A DNA stretch of 60,353 nt, filler included, from Basidiobolus ranarum (taxonomy: Eukaryota): assembly GCA_040143965.1 (NCBI GenBank). It is 5 parts of 5 records of this genome, joined end to end, with 100 filler letters (N's around TTAATTAATTAA, not from the genome) between each part and the next. Parts side by side here need not be neighbours in the genome. Positions count along the whole stretch, not along the records: positions 24,239 to 36,235 come from JASJQH010000574.1; positions 36,336 to 48,299 come from JASJQH010000575.1; 3 more parts are not named here. One strand, given 5' to 3'. Shown piece by piece: positions 25,346-37,663 of this stretch. Each line of letters starts with the position of its first letter. Within the stretch, counting starts at the first letter, position 1. The notes beneath the pieces were generated by a model that was not told the DNA's origin, made no database searches, and was given only the letters and a program-made list of their open reading frames with translations. The position numbers and the translations under genes were made by a program.

Positions 25346-26157
25346 GTATTCACTTTTCGGGGAAAAAAGTGTTGACAAATAGTAAAGTGAATAAACTATT
25401 TTTCTTCCTTTTTTTCTACAATAACTGGAAGAAGTAAAAACCAGTAGATAAACCAACTTGTTGAAGAGAAACTTGGATAGGCGAAGTTGATAAGAAATGG
25501 ATGTTCAACGAAGCTAATAAAATAAAAAAAATGAAAGTATGAAGAAGAATGAACAACAGAAGGTTACAATAAAAGGGAAGGGTAGAAGACTGCTAAATTC
25601 AAGGCTTATTATCTACGAATAAGAATGGAAGATAATTATCATGCTATATAAATAAGGAATGAATCAAATATATATATCAATTTGCTCCATTCCAAACTTT
25701 GATCCAGCACCCTACAGCTACAGCTAGTGGAGAATAGTTACATCCCTACCTGAATATGCTTTACAGCAATGCTAACGAGAAAAAGCTAGTTTTGAGCATT
25801 TATTTTGTTACACTGGATTGAGATCTACAATCATTACACGCAACGCACAACACGCAACAATGGATATTTGTATACTGTGCCAAAGCCAACATCAATCCGT
25901 GTTTATTTGAGCAAGATAGATGAGCTCTAACTAGAACAGATGACAAAGAGTAACTATGCCACATAATTTCAGTGCAAACATATTTTAGGCGAGAGCACAG
26001 CCCGCAGCATTCATTCTAACGACACCATCCAAGGAGGGTGTCAAAATAGAGGCTATGTTGGAAGGAATTCGTAAATAAAGGGGGACTCATAAGCTCAGTG
26101 TATATTACCAAACATTCAATTATTATCGCCATGCACACTCCTACAGCTGGCAATCCT

Positions 26158-28126
26158 CTAGAACACAATTACCGTCGCAATATGGTTATTCTTCATGACC
26201 TAGACATAAACAGTGTAAATCATCGGACTCCTGCCAAGGATTCACTGTGCAGATATTTACCTCAAACACCATTCCATCATCATACCCATTCAGTTCAGTA
26301 GGCCCGAAAGGATTCTGTCCACTGGGACCACGGGTGAAAATGACAGGCCGAGAGTTCGGCTTACCATAAATCTTTTGAATCTGCTCCCACTATATCAATA
26401 GAAGCTAGTCAGTCTTGCAGCATGCAAAGTAAATGATATCAATGAAAGCATTACTGAGCTGTCTGGAATTATAATGTCTGATTCCGAAGGCATATCTTCC
26501 AGGGCTTCGCACTCCGAGACTAGTTGAAAGTGTACTAATGAGGTACTGCCAAAATGATTTCTCTAAAGCTTCTCAAACTTACTCTGATGGGAAAGCAACT
26601 TGAATGGGCATTTTCTGTATCTAGTCAATCAGGGTTAGATGTAATCTACAACACACGAAGGGTAATCAGACGAGTACTAACTTGCCGAAATCAAAATGAC
26701 CAGGAAAGTTGGAATGCAAGACGATCTTCTTGCAGCGATGAGTGGCTGCATCGAATAATAAATCGAATCCATGTTGGAAGTAGTTGTAAAAGTAATCGTT
26801 GGGCCCATCGTCTTTACAATGATAGTTAGAATTTTGAGCATCTTCTTTGTAACTATTTAGAACGCTACCGGTAATTGCACCAAAGTTGTTGGAATCGCTA
26901 CTTTTCCCAGCTTCTGAGCGTGAATGAATTCTCATTTTATCTTCTTCCTTGTAAAATATTTCGTTAGGCTGACCTAAGTCTGTGATTACATCCTGTGCAG
27001 ATGTAACGTAGAATTCGATGCGGGTCTTGCGGCCTCCAGGATGTCGCAATAAAATGCGTTTGTCCAACTATAATAAGCAGAATGGATGTTAGTGTCAGTT
27101 TCCGAGCTACATTCCATTATATACTGACGTCAATCAAAACGCAATCTACAATGACGGTGCTTTTGTTTTCAGAATTCAAGCCAATCGGCAAAGGTGGAGG
27201 GAAAGACTCTTGCCAACTTGGCCCATAATAAACATACACCCGATTACAAACAGGAGTTGTGCCATCAGGAAACTCCATAATCATATCTGAATGCTTCTTA
27301 AGTCAACATGCTATGGTAACTGTGTATAAATGGCTGGACATACCTCCATTAGTATATAAGTGCTTGTGCTTTTCGGGAATAGGGAAAACAAATGAAAGGC
27401 CCTAGTGGATCATAGAAGTTAGTCCTTTCTGCAGAGTTGGTGCTTGGTAGCATTACACTTACGGGGTAATGGAGAGTGTACTCAGATTTCTTTTCATCAA
27501 ACTCCCCAGGGTGGGTGGGGCTAAATCATCATAATTAATATCGTAGCAAACTGATGAACATAACAATGTAGCCAACTTACCCGAAAAACTTGTATACCAA
27601 GAGAAATGTAGGTACGGTTACTCTTGAACTGATTTCACGCATTAGTTGAAGCAAAAATGGAATATTCAAGAACATTTCTGCTAACAACTTTAAAACGTAA
27701 CGTACTTGAAATCCTGTTCTTCATAGGATAATCGAACTTCATCCATTTTGTATATTAGTAGACATTTTAGCCTCTGGGAAGAAGGTTCAAACCGTAAACA
27801 TATGCCATTCTCCACTAAGTTCAGTACCAAATCTTGTTCCAAAGGTTTCTAATGTAAAGTGTGATTTTTTGTACTAATGCTGTAGTTTGATTTCGGTAAC
27901 TTACCTCAGCGTAATATTTGAGTTCCACTTTAGGTATCTGTATAGAATCAGCCTTGAGTATCTGGATAGCATCCCCTATAGGCATACCTTTTGTGAATCA
28001 ATTAGCACTTTGAAGCATGGCTATTTATCAATAGAATCAACTTGTTCTACCTAAAATGAATTTCCCCGCATATTTAGAAGGTAGGATAGGCAGGTTCAGC
28101 ACTTTATGCTGGTCAGGGCTTTCCAT
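26158..28126 (-). CDS. UPF0183 / PHAF1 (C16orf70-like) protein, multi-exon
   Basis: LPILPSKYAGKFILGMPIGDAI; LRFEPSSQRLK; SAQDVITDLGQPNEIFYKEEDKMRIH; DYFYNYFQHGFDLLFDAATHRCKKIVLHSNFPGHFDF; C-terminal VMKNNHIATVIVF*. Confidence 0.9.
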
Positions 28127-28626
28127 TCTAGGCAATAGACACTACAATAAAAGTAAAAGTTCTGATGGGTAGTTTGGCAGGACGAGTTACAATAAGTATT
28201 CAAACGTTTAGTTAAAATAGCTAGTATAGAGAATTTAGAGGGTATGGGAGTCCAAAAGAAAGCTAGTCACAGAGGGATCCTTGTTTATCGGCTTTGAAAC
28301 AGAATGTGCATGTGTAATCAACAGACTCAATCAGAATTGGTCATAATACTTCATTTGATGAAACTCCTGAATTAACCTAAATTAAAAGCTCCAACTATTC
28401 TTGTATATTTTATTCTAGAATCTATTATCGCCGCAATATATTGAAGCATAGATACACTTATTTTCTCGCTTTTTATTCTTACGTTGATTTTAATTGGCCA
28501 TATGTCATTGCTCTTTGTTTTGACGTACAACACACAGTATTTTCTTGATTAGTTTGAAATTATTAGAGCTACCAAACACTCAATACTGTTCGTAATTCAG
28601 TAACTTGGCTGAACGTAAGGCTTACC

Positions 28627-31182
28627 ATGGACGATCTCAGTTATCTTGACCCAAATTTCGACCCCAATTCTGTACGAGTTGTCGACCTACGTAGGATACT
28701 ATTGAAGCATGAGATTCCTTTCAATGCCAACAGCAAGAAGGCAACCTTAATAGATTTATTTGACACTTATATCACTCCAAATGCTGCACAGTGGTTGGAA
28801 GATGCTACAAATGTTAAACCCAGTAACAGAGGAATGATTTTCGTCGGTTTTGATAAGGTATTTGGCATCATTCGTTTAATACTGTAAAGCAGTAAGTATT
28901 AATTGGTTTAATCGTAGGACCCGGAGCGGACATCACCCTCTCCTGTACGTCCAAGGTCTAAGGCCCGGGGACGTGTGGTAAGCATAGAGCGCAATTTATC
29001 AGAAAAGTATGTAGATTAATTTTCTTATGCAGAGGTCTACCGTTGAAAAATTTGAACTACTAAGCTCTGACGGTGAGCTATCACCTCCTCCACGTAGTTC
29101 TACAGTCAGACGTAAGATCAAGGTAAGGAATTTATCGAACATTCCACCATTCCATTGAAAATTATTTAACTCTTCTGTTAGACTAAGTCACCCACCGAGA
29201 AGTCTAATACCCTCAATTCGGATGGAGAGAGTTCTCTCCATCCTCGAGGTCACGTTAATTCTCGCACTCCCAGTGTAGATGATGCTGGGTTTAGTTCTGA
29301 CGATTTCTCTCCACTTCCCAATAGTTACTCTGTAGCGGAGGTTTGTACCTCTTTTAAACTAACAAGTTGCCTCTCTATTAACCATATATATCAGATTGGA
29401 ACCCCCGAGCCAGAGCTTGAGGCACAAACCTTATCTAGAAGTAATCAGTTGTCAGAAGCACAGGTATACATCAATTTGGTGACCAAATTTTCAAGTCTAA
29501 AGCTAAACATACACCTTAGGATATTGTCGATCCTGGAGTATTTTCTGATGAAAATCCATTTCAGAGTGGTGGCGAGACGCCCGATAGGCGGAAGAAAACA
29601 AAAGTCAAGGTACATCACTTATTATTCTTCAGCTTATCCTTCGTATTAGCTCAATATCTTTCAGACCAAAAAATTGCATAAATCAGAGCCTCAACTGGAA
29701 TCTTCTGAGCTCCCACCTTCAGACAATGCACATCCGATATCAACGCCAGAAGATATCCCCCAAGTAGTAGTGAATCAACAAGCACCATCCGCAACATCTA
29801 GCTCAGGTCCCAGAAAGTTTATGAGTCCTTCTTTCTCAAGAGTAAACTTGAAGCCCGAAATTAAAGTCGAATCAGAAGAAGCTGTTGTAAAGCCAAGGAG
29901 ACGTACTCGTCGTCGTCGTCATCACCAACAAGAAGCTAAAGTCGAATACGATTGGAAATCGTTTTGGATTTTTTTGACGGTTATCCTGGCTGCTTATCTA
30001 TTTTGGATTCGTCAAAAAAGCCTGGCTTTAGGATATTGCGAACAAGATGAGCTAGGTTGGAGCTTTTTTTTTCATCACTATCAAAGTTAAAAGCTAACTG
30101 TTCGTTTATTAGCCTCCTCAAAGTCCATCTTTTACCCAAAATGTACTCCTTGTCCACTTCATGCCATTTGTCGAGACCATAAATTCGTATCATGCGATAG
30201 GAACTATATGATGAAAGGGAATCCGCTGATTTCTTTGATCAATCCTTTACAGATCAAGTGTATCCCCGACAAGCTAACTTTGGCCAAAGTTGACTCTACA
30301 GTCGAACTTGCTAAAGAGATTCTCAGTGAGCGTGCAGGCAAAGCAGAGTGTGACGCAAATGCTAATATTCATGCTAAAGTTTCCGAAATAGAGCTCAAAA
30401 GATTGATCGAAACTAATCCTAGTGCACACAGCGTTGAGATTGAAGAGATCTGGCCTTCCGTATTCCGTGAGCTTACTGAACAAAGGCAGCACATTAAAAT
30501 TTTAAGTGACGGGAATAGCAAGCAACTTTATTTTTTATCGCGCGAACCTAAGTATCCCATTCAATGTCGTCTTCGTAAAGGCTTATATTCACTGCTACTA
30601 GGCAATCTTAAGCAGATCGGTGGAGGTTTATTATTAATTATGGCTGGAGTCTATAGTTTCACCCGCTACAATTGTAAGTTTAGCCGAACCATTCAAAACC
30701 AGGACCAGTTACTCACATTTCCTTTGAAAACTAGCACACTCCAGTGAAAAGAAACTTGTCCGCGACCTTGTACAGCAGGTGCTAATTCGACTAGCTGAAC
30801 AGGAGAGTCTCCACTATGCAGATCCGGTTCAACACTCATTGAGCGCTGTGTCTGTAGTTCAACTTAGAGATGTATTGCTGCGCTCTATGCACAATCATGT
30901 TCAACGTAAACACATATGGGAAAAGGTTCGCAAAGTCGTCGAAACAAACAGCAATGTTCGCTCGGGTGTGACGGAAATTCGTGGTGAACCTCATCGAGTG
31001 TGGGAATGGGTTGGCACTTCTATCAGCCCTGCCGCCAGCTTCAATCATGTAAGTATATCATATATAATACCCATAGTAGAGGTTATGTTCTAATTTTGTT
31101 TCTAAAGGGTGACAGTTTGTACCCCAAGCTGAACGAAGAACAGGGCTTTATGTCAGATGAAGGAATGTTTTCTGATGACTAA
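28627..31182 (+). CDS. SRC1: Inner nuclear membrane LEM/HeH + MSC-domain protein (Src1/Heh1/Man1 family), multi-exon
   Basis: HeH domain YLDPNFDPNSVRVVDLRRILLKHEIPF..NSKKATLIDLF. Two TM segments flank a Cys-containing lumenal domain. MSC domain QLRDVLL...IWEKVRKVVETNSNVRSGVTEIRGEPHRVWEWVG. Confidence 0.92.
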
Positions 31183-31488
31183 AGCGTATGGATCGAGTAA
31201 ATTAAGCCCATTATGTATTTTTATCATGGAATATCCATTTCTACACACATCTAGAATATCTCTGATCATTTGACTCCTTGGTTGATCAATAAATCCTTGT
31301 TTGAACTATACCCTGTATATTATATCGATGTAGTGATGGTTTGAAATTGGTTTATTTACAAATTGGGTTCGAAAGTAAGAGAAAATCAAATTTCATGGGC
31401 TTGGACAGGGTTATCACAGTGTAGATATTCACGCACTAAGTATATGTCTTGTCGACGTCTATTGTCCTTCGAATATCTTTCGATCCGT

Positions 31489-32472
31489 CTATGGATGGGG
31501 CAAACTGTCAAAAGAAATGCCAGTTTTAAAGGTGCTAAGGTCAATGAGTTGCTCCTTAGTGTTGTACAAATACTTGTAAGCATTCTTAATAGTGACCTCG
31601 GAGACACCAGTCACAGGGGCAATGTCCTTTGTGGTCTTTGGAATCTGATACAGATTGGAAATAAGATAGATACAAGCAGCCGCAATAGAAACGGGACTTT
31701 TACCCGCCAACGTGCCCACTTCCTTTGCCTTCTTCGTCAAGTCAACAGCTGCCTTCTGAACCTCCATGGGCAAGCTCAAATTGGAACAGAAACGAGACAT
31801 AAGGTCCTCACTACCCATAGTATTCACATTGGTTTCCAACACACGGGCCAAAGCCTTGAAACAACGACCAATTTCTTTCTTTGGTACTTGAGTTAAGGCA
31901 CAAATCTCCTTAAAGGTTCTTGGTACATTTTCTTGACGACATCCAATGAAAATACAGGCAGCGATAATACTTTCATTAGGTTTTCCTCTTAAAAGTTTTT
32001 CATCTTCAACTCGCTTATATAATTGTTTAGCTATATCTCCAATAAGTTTTGGTAATCCTATCGCATCACACATAGCCGATATTTCTTTATAAGCTTGAAC
32101 GAGGTTACGTTCACCTTTAACCGCCGAAGAACGACCTTGAATCTTGCTAAGATCTCTAGCTGTTCCTGAACCACCGTCCGTTTTGGAAATGACCGTATCT
32201 AATTGAGAGCCACTAAGTAAAGGATTAGCCGCTGCACCTACACGAGAAGGATCGTCTCCGTCATCGTTGGCAAAAGTACGCCATTCAGAGCGGGTATCAA
32301 TGATACGATCTCCTAGTACGAGACCACAATCACCACACACTAGATCTCCCGAGGCAAACTCTTCAATGATATTTGGTACAGGATTTTTGCATTCTTTACA
32401 CATAAGTTTAACGTTCAAGTCTGGCTGAGGTAGACCAGGAAGTGGACGTGGTGAGGTAACTGGGCTAGTCAT
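31489..32472 (-). CDS. SUA7: General transcription initiation factor TFIIB (intronless)
   Basis: Zn ribbon CKEC...GDLVCGDCGLVLG, B-reader SEWRTFANDDGDDPSRVG, and two cyclin repeats (PRTFKEI; GKSPVSIAAACIY). Confidence 0.98.
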   Translation of the reverse strand: MTSPVTSPRPLPGLPQPDLNVKLMCKECKNPVPNIIEEFASGDLVCGDCGLVLGDRIIDTRSEWRTFANDDGDDPSRVGAAANPLLSGSQLDTVISKTDGGSGTARDLSKIQGRSSAVKGERNLVQAYKEISAMCDAIGLPKLIGDIAKQLYKRVEDEKLLRGKPNESIIAACIFIGCRQENVPRTFKEICALTQVPKKEIGRCFKALARVLETNVNTMGSEDLMSRFCSNLSLPMEVQKAAVDLTKKAKEVGTLAGKSPVSIAAACIYLISNLYQIPKTTKDIAPVTGVSEVTIKNAYKYLYNTKEQLIDLSTFKTGISFDSLPHP

Positions 32473-32900
32473 CCTGGAAATCGTTCAAAAAAGTCCCTAA
32501 AAAAGTGAAGGAAATATTGACCACTGAATAACAAACGAAACAACCTTCTTTACAATCGGTCAAGTAGTTATCCGAATTTTCCTGGTCTGGTTCCTTTTTT
32601 TTCTTTTTCTCGATCATTAGTAAGAAAAATAGCGTCACAAATTTGGACTTGTGTATATTTATGTTATGCATTACTAATCTGATTCGATCATTATCCCTGT
32701 TCATTGGATTCTAATGGAACTAATTTTGCTTAGTTTTTATTAAGAAATACTGGCTGTAGAATGCCCGTCAAAAGATCTAAGGTTGCATTAAAAATATCAA
32801 GTTATGGTGCGGGAGGAGAGGGGAGGAGAGGAGTGGAGAGGGAAGGGGATGTAGCCAAGTGAAGTTAAATAGTGAATCCAATTGACACATGATTTTGAAA

Positions 32901-33980
32901 TCACTCTTTCTTGGCGATCTTTTGACGTTCCTCAAGATCTATTCTAGCGAGTGTCTTGGCAGCACCTCCGAATTGAATGCAATTGATAATTTGTTTGATA
33001 GCACAAATGGGGAAGATCAAAATTGTAAGAATATGGACTAAACAGACCGAAAACCCTGCTACGCTGAAAACTAATGAAATAATCTTGGTTTTAGAGACTT
33101 TTGGTTGGTTGGTTTAACGGATGAAACTGGGATTTCTTACCTTCAGGTCCAGCATTGAATGCCAAAATGTAAAGCAAGATGAAGAATAGCTCGTTACCGG
33201 CACAAAAGCAGAACAAAACGAGCTTTGGAAGAGTGAATGGATATATTTGAATACTTGGATATTCACTTTGGTCTGGTATGGTTTGAACAACTTACGTTAT
33301 TGGAATAATAGGCTCGGAGGATGAAATTCTGCTTCTTGGAGATCACTTTATGAGAAGAAACACCCGAAGAAAGGGAACTAGGGCGGTGTGAAGTTAGAAA
33401 TATTGGCCCGACACTTTCAAATCATATAAAAGTGCAGTACCTATACATATGCATGTAGTGACTACTTAAATCCAAGGAAATAAGAAATTGGAAAAATAGC
33501 GACCAGGAGGGGTAGACTTGCGCCAAATAGCACATAAGACAAGTGGTGGTGCATCTGTCAAAGAAAGGATAAGTAAAGTAAGACGGCAATTTACCAACCA
33601 AATACCATTTCTTACCGATCGGTCACCATGTCGAGCACAGCACCAAATTTACTACCTAAATACGAGAAATAAAAGCAATCCTTAATATACTGAGCTTGAC
33701 TTACATAACCTTAATATATAAGCATTACACTGGTTAAAATATCTAGCTGCATGGCCATCGACAGCATCGAGTAAGCAAGAAACTGAATATAGTGCGACGC
33801 ATTGTATCGGTGCTTCAGGCATATAGTAGAGCGCTATCGCAGCCAAGATGACGCGGGTATAACCTAGAGTAAAGTGGATCAGTTGGTGAATTCAGGGCAT
33901 ACACGTGAGTCTATACTAGTATTGTTACCAATAATATTGGGTACAAACAAGAAAACGTTCTCTTGTTGCTTTGAAGACAT
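32901..33980 (-). CDS. PIS1: Phosphatidylinositol synthase (CDP-alcohol phosphatidyltransferase), multi-exon
   Basis: Spliced: MSSKQQENVFLFVPNIIGYTRV...LLDAVDGHAARYFNQCSKFGAVLDMVTDRCTT (CDP-OH motif)...LDLSSHYMHMY...CAGNELFF...*. Stop at 32901. Confidence 0.95.
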
Positions 33981-34450
33981 CTCGCTAGAAGTGATGGATA
34001 CGAAGTGTGAAAAGTCAACCAAGTTGAGTTATAAACATGAATCTGGATGCAGCTGTATCCTAGGTAAAGATTTTTGGGAATTGGTCCATGATATCTTTGA
34101 TCATCTAACTATTCAAATATTAAACATGCATCTGTCGAGCCAATAAGTGACTAGATCATATGCCAGATTCCAACAGCAGTGGAGAGATTCTATCGCCAAC
34201 TTAATTCTAGACCCCAATATATCTACAATCTCTAGTCCGAATCCACTTTTAGGATTGCCAGTGCTTTTTTAACGGATAAATGGCTCGATTCACTCCATGT
34301 TGTATAAACACTCAAATAGTACAGAAAGGTGTTTAAGATAATCAACAATGATCATTAACTCAATAACTTGTGTTGAAAAAAAACCCTTAAAGAAGAAAGA
34401 ACAGAAATGAGCATAACATTGTGTAGATCATAGTACTAGACAGTTCAACA

Positions 34451-35704
34451 ATGACAACCAACCTAGATCCTGAATGCTTTACTAGAAACACAGCGTTCCC
34501 TGTCACGCTGAATAAGCCAATACCACGAACTCGATTACGCACCTCAACTTCACATGACGAAAAGATGAAAACTCTGAGCTTTCTGCACAGAGCTTTATTT
34601 AGAAAAGATTTTTGGTCGGAAGTAAAGACGCTGGAAAGATTGTTTTATAAAAATTGGAACCAGCATAGAAATGCCGTATATTTTCGCCGATTATATGAAG
34701 TAGAGTGAAAGAATTCCTGGATTTTCTTCTTGAATCTTCTTCCTTAACGGTTTCGCTTTAGGTTCGTAGAATACTCGGAAGACTGAGTGAATTGAGAATT
34801 GACGAAATAGTAGGAGATTTGTTGGACACATTTTATGGTGGAAAAAAGTATTTATAAATTGATACTTAGTTTAGTGCTTCTTGACCACAAGTTACTCAGC
34901 TATTATTTTCTGTAGGACCAAAAAAGCTAAATGGGAGTATATCCCTTCTCGCGAACAAATGTTATACACCTTGAATCGCATAGCTGGTTGTGGTTTACTA
35001 TTAAGCAAGAGCTTAACGACCTATCAGGAGGCAACGGCGTATCCTTTCCCTCACTAATACCTGATTGCACTTCATCATAGCATATATTGAATCCTAAACT
35101 AAATCACACCTATTCCTCTGCAAAGTGCCTTTCTCGTTCTAATGTCTGAGACACAATTTATGACGATGGCGCTAACCATGACTGGTCTCCTCAGTCGTCT
35201 TTACATACTGACCAAAGTTTTGATCGAGGATGTTGTTCAGTGTTATGAGTTGCTACACGATTGGCTTGAATTCTTTCCCGTAAGTGATGAACTTTTCGTG
35301 GGCACTCTAAGAATAGTTCTCGTACGCTAACCCCCACTTTCATCCAGAAAGAGAAAAGTGACAAAAAAGATGATACACTCCCCGCATCTATAAAGTTCTT
35401 AATTACAAACGACACGTCCAAGTAAGCCACCCTTCGGTCAATAGAATGAGGCAATCATTTTTGATTAGACTTCTTTTTTAAAAACTCTAGGAACCTAATG
35501 AAGTCGAATCAGCACAGCGCTGATATCTCCAGCACCACCAACATAAAAAAAGGGTCCAAGTCTAAAACCCTTACGGGGATATTCGAAACTTCGGCTGATT
35601 CTTCAAACAAAGCCAAGAGAACCAAGTCCAAGTCAAAGCTTCCTACTCCAAAGAGAGTAAAATTGAGCATAACGGAGGATGAAGATGTTGGTGGTAGGGT
35701 TTGA
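34451..35704 (+). CDS. RMP1/NEPRO-like RNase MRP-associated nucleolar protein, multi-exon (3' end approximate)
   Basis: FWSEVKTLERLFYKNWNQHRNAVYFRRLYEV/RR and FMTMALTMTGLLSRLYIL match the NEPRO/Rmp1 N-terminal pattern (recalled). Lys-rich C-terminal tail. Confidence 0.7.
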
Positions 35705-36069
35705 ATATCATACATATATATATATATTATAATTTGATCTAAAGCTTTGTACAAAATTATCTAGAGGCGGTATAGATGCATTCTAGTGAGCAAATAATCC
35801 TTGTTTTTCATATAAATACAATCTTTTGCTTCCAAAGTCCTGGAATTTTCCGCCCTTAAGATTGCATGTTATTTTTTATCCATTTCGATTATACATAACC
35901 ATTGCCATTAGCACAAGTGCTAAAGACTGTAATAGTTTTACACTGTTTATCTGTGATATAAATTTAAGTAAGAAACTTTATTTGTTCGATTCGAACGATG
36001 GGCTAAGCTATACTATACAACTAAGTGACAATGATACAATTGAGTGGGTGAGAATGTCATGAATGCAAT

Positions 36070-36235
36070 TTAAAGTCTAGACTTATCATTAGGAAGAGTG
36101 GTAATCTCATCATAGATCAAGGTGGTCAAGAAGTCAGCATAGTCTTCATCCTTACCAGACACTTGACCAGCCATGTACTTCTTAGCAAGATCGTACTTGT
36201 AGCTGGCATACTTGTTGCCGAGTTGCTTCTTCAAT
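36070..36235 (-). CDS. MLS1: Malate synthase C-terminus with PTS1 (truncated by contig end)
   Basis: LKKQLGNKYASYKYDLAKKYMAGQVSGKDEDYADFLTTLIYDEITTLPNDKSRL*, containing the DFLT..Y motif and a peroxisomal -SRL signal. Confidence 0.85.
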
Positions 36236-36335
36236 NNNNNNNNNNNNNNNNNNNNNNNNNNNNNNNNNNNNNNNNNNNNTTAATTAATTAANNNNNNNNN
36301 NNNNNNNNNNNNNNNNNNNNNNNNNNNNNNNNNNN
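36236..36335. other. Artificial contig spacer
   Basis: Same 100-nt linker. Confidence 0.98.
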
Positions 36336-37663
36336 GTTTGTTTACATCTTGACAAAACTATAAATGTCAACTTTCTACTCAATAAATCAATAAGTGAAAA
36401 CCACCAATTCCTCTAATTCTCCAAACCACTTCCAACAGGCTCCCAAGTACTTTAACAAAGATTAGCATTGTCTATGCACCCATACAGGCATATATTGCTG
36501 AGTATTTGGCTACTTTATATTTCACCAAGATACTACATATTATTCTCAGTTGAAATTGGGTTGAACATTTTGACCAAGCTAGAAGTTCCAGATATATGTA
36601 GATGCTTTCAAACTTGTGCTGGAAGCTCCAAACTTGGCACACATGCTCCTGGGACCTTTCTTAGCATATTTGGCTTGTTAGTTTGCCTACATCTTGACAA
36701 AACTATAAATATCAACTTGCTACTCAGTAAGTCAATAAGTTAAAGCTGCTTTCACTAATTCTTCAAGTTACTGCCACCAGGCTCCCAAAACACTGTAATA
36801 CTTCTATGCTTAAACTACACATATTCTTGATCAAACTTAGATCTGATAGGATACTTATATGCAAACCAGGGAAGATATATCAAAGATAGGAGATTTACAA
36901 CACAATATATGTTTCTATGCTGTCTTAGAACTACTTCTTATAATTCAAAGAGATATCCTACCACAGCACTTTCAATAACAGAAGCAGAATAAATAGCTGC
37001 CTGTGAAGCAACAAAAGGGGTAATATGGCTAACAAAACTCTTAACAGATTTGGGTTATTCTCAAAATTCACCAACTATAATTTTTCACAAAATCAAAGTT
37101 GTATCAATTTAGCTATGAATCCTACATTTCATACTAGAAGAAAACATATTGATATTGTACATCTTTTTTTTAGAGAAACTAAAGGGACTAAGCTTATTGA
37201 CTTAAATCATTGTTCTGCAGAAAATATTGTTGGCAGTATATTGACTAAACCATTAGCTAGTCAGAAATTTGAGATATTAAGACCTTCCTTAGGAGTAGTT
37301 ATATTACTATCTAGTTCAGGGAGTGTTCATATTAGCATTACCTAAGTACCTATATAGTTATGTATAGCTTAGTATTTAGTTATCTTACATTTTGCTAAGG
37401 TAGATATCCTATTAGTCCCAATTATATTTATTTAGAATATTGACACCAACTTAAAAGTTCTCAGATTTATAGATTTTGCAAAGAAGCCACAAACTCTGCA
37501 CACATGTTCCCAGGATCTTCTTTAACACATTCTACACATTAGTTGGTTTATATCTTTAAAAAACTGTATTTTTAACTGAATACTCAATAAATATATAAGT
37601 GAAAACCAACAATTTCTCTGGTTCTCCAAATTACTTCCAACAGGCTCCTAGAGAACTTCAACA
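36336..37663 (+). mobile_element. Ty1/copia relic: tandem LTR copies (36336-36457 partial, 36458-~36800), degenerate RNase H (~36810-37310), PPT and 3' LTR (37324-37663)
   Basis: LIGY..ANQG...DRRFTTQYMF...SKRYPTTALSITEAE*IAACEATKGVIWL / NQSCINLAMNPTFHTRRKHIDI...ILTKPL..KFEILR..LG, with a stop and a frameshift. PPT agggag is followed by TGTT...ttcAACA. There is a 345-nt period between gtttgtttacatcttgacaaaac (36336) and gtttgcctacatcttgacaaaac (36681). Confidence 0.85.

Noticed and set aside
31363-31896. 177-aa plus-strand ORF
   Set aside because: Antisense shadow of TFIIB, with no recognisable protein features.
37324-37445. Short 122-nt TG...CA segment first taken as the whole LTR
   Set aside because: Homology to the other copies continues to AACA at 37663, so the LTR is ~340 nt.
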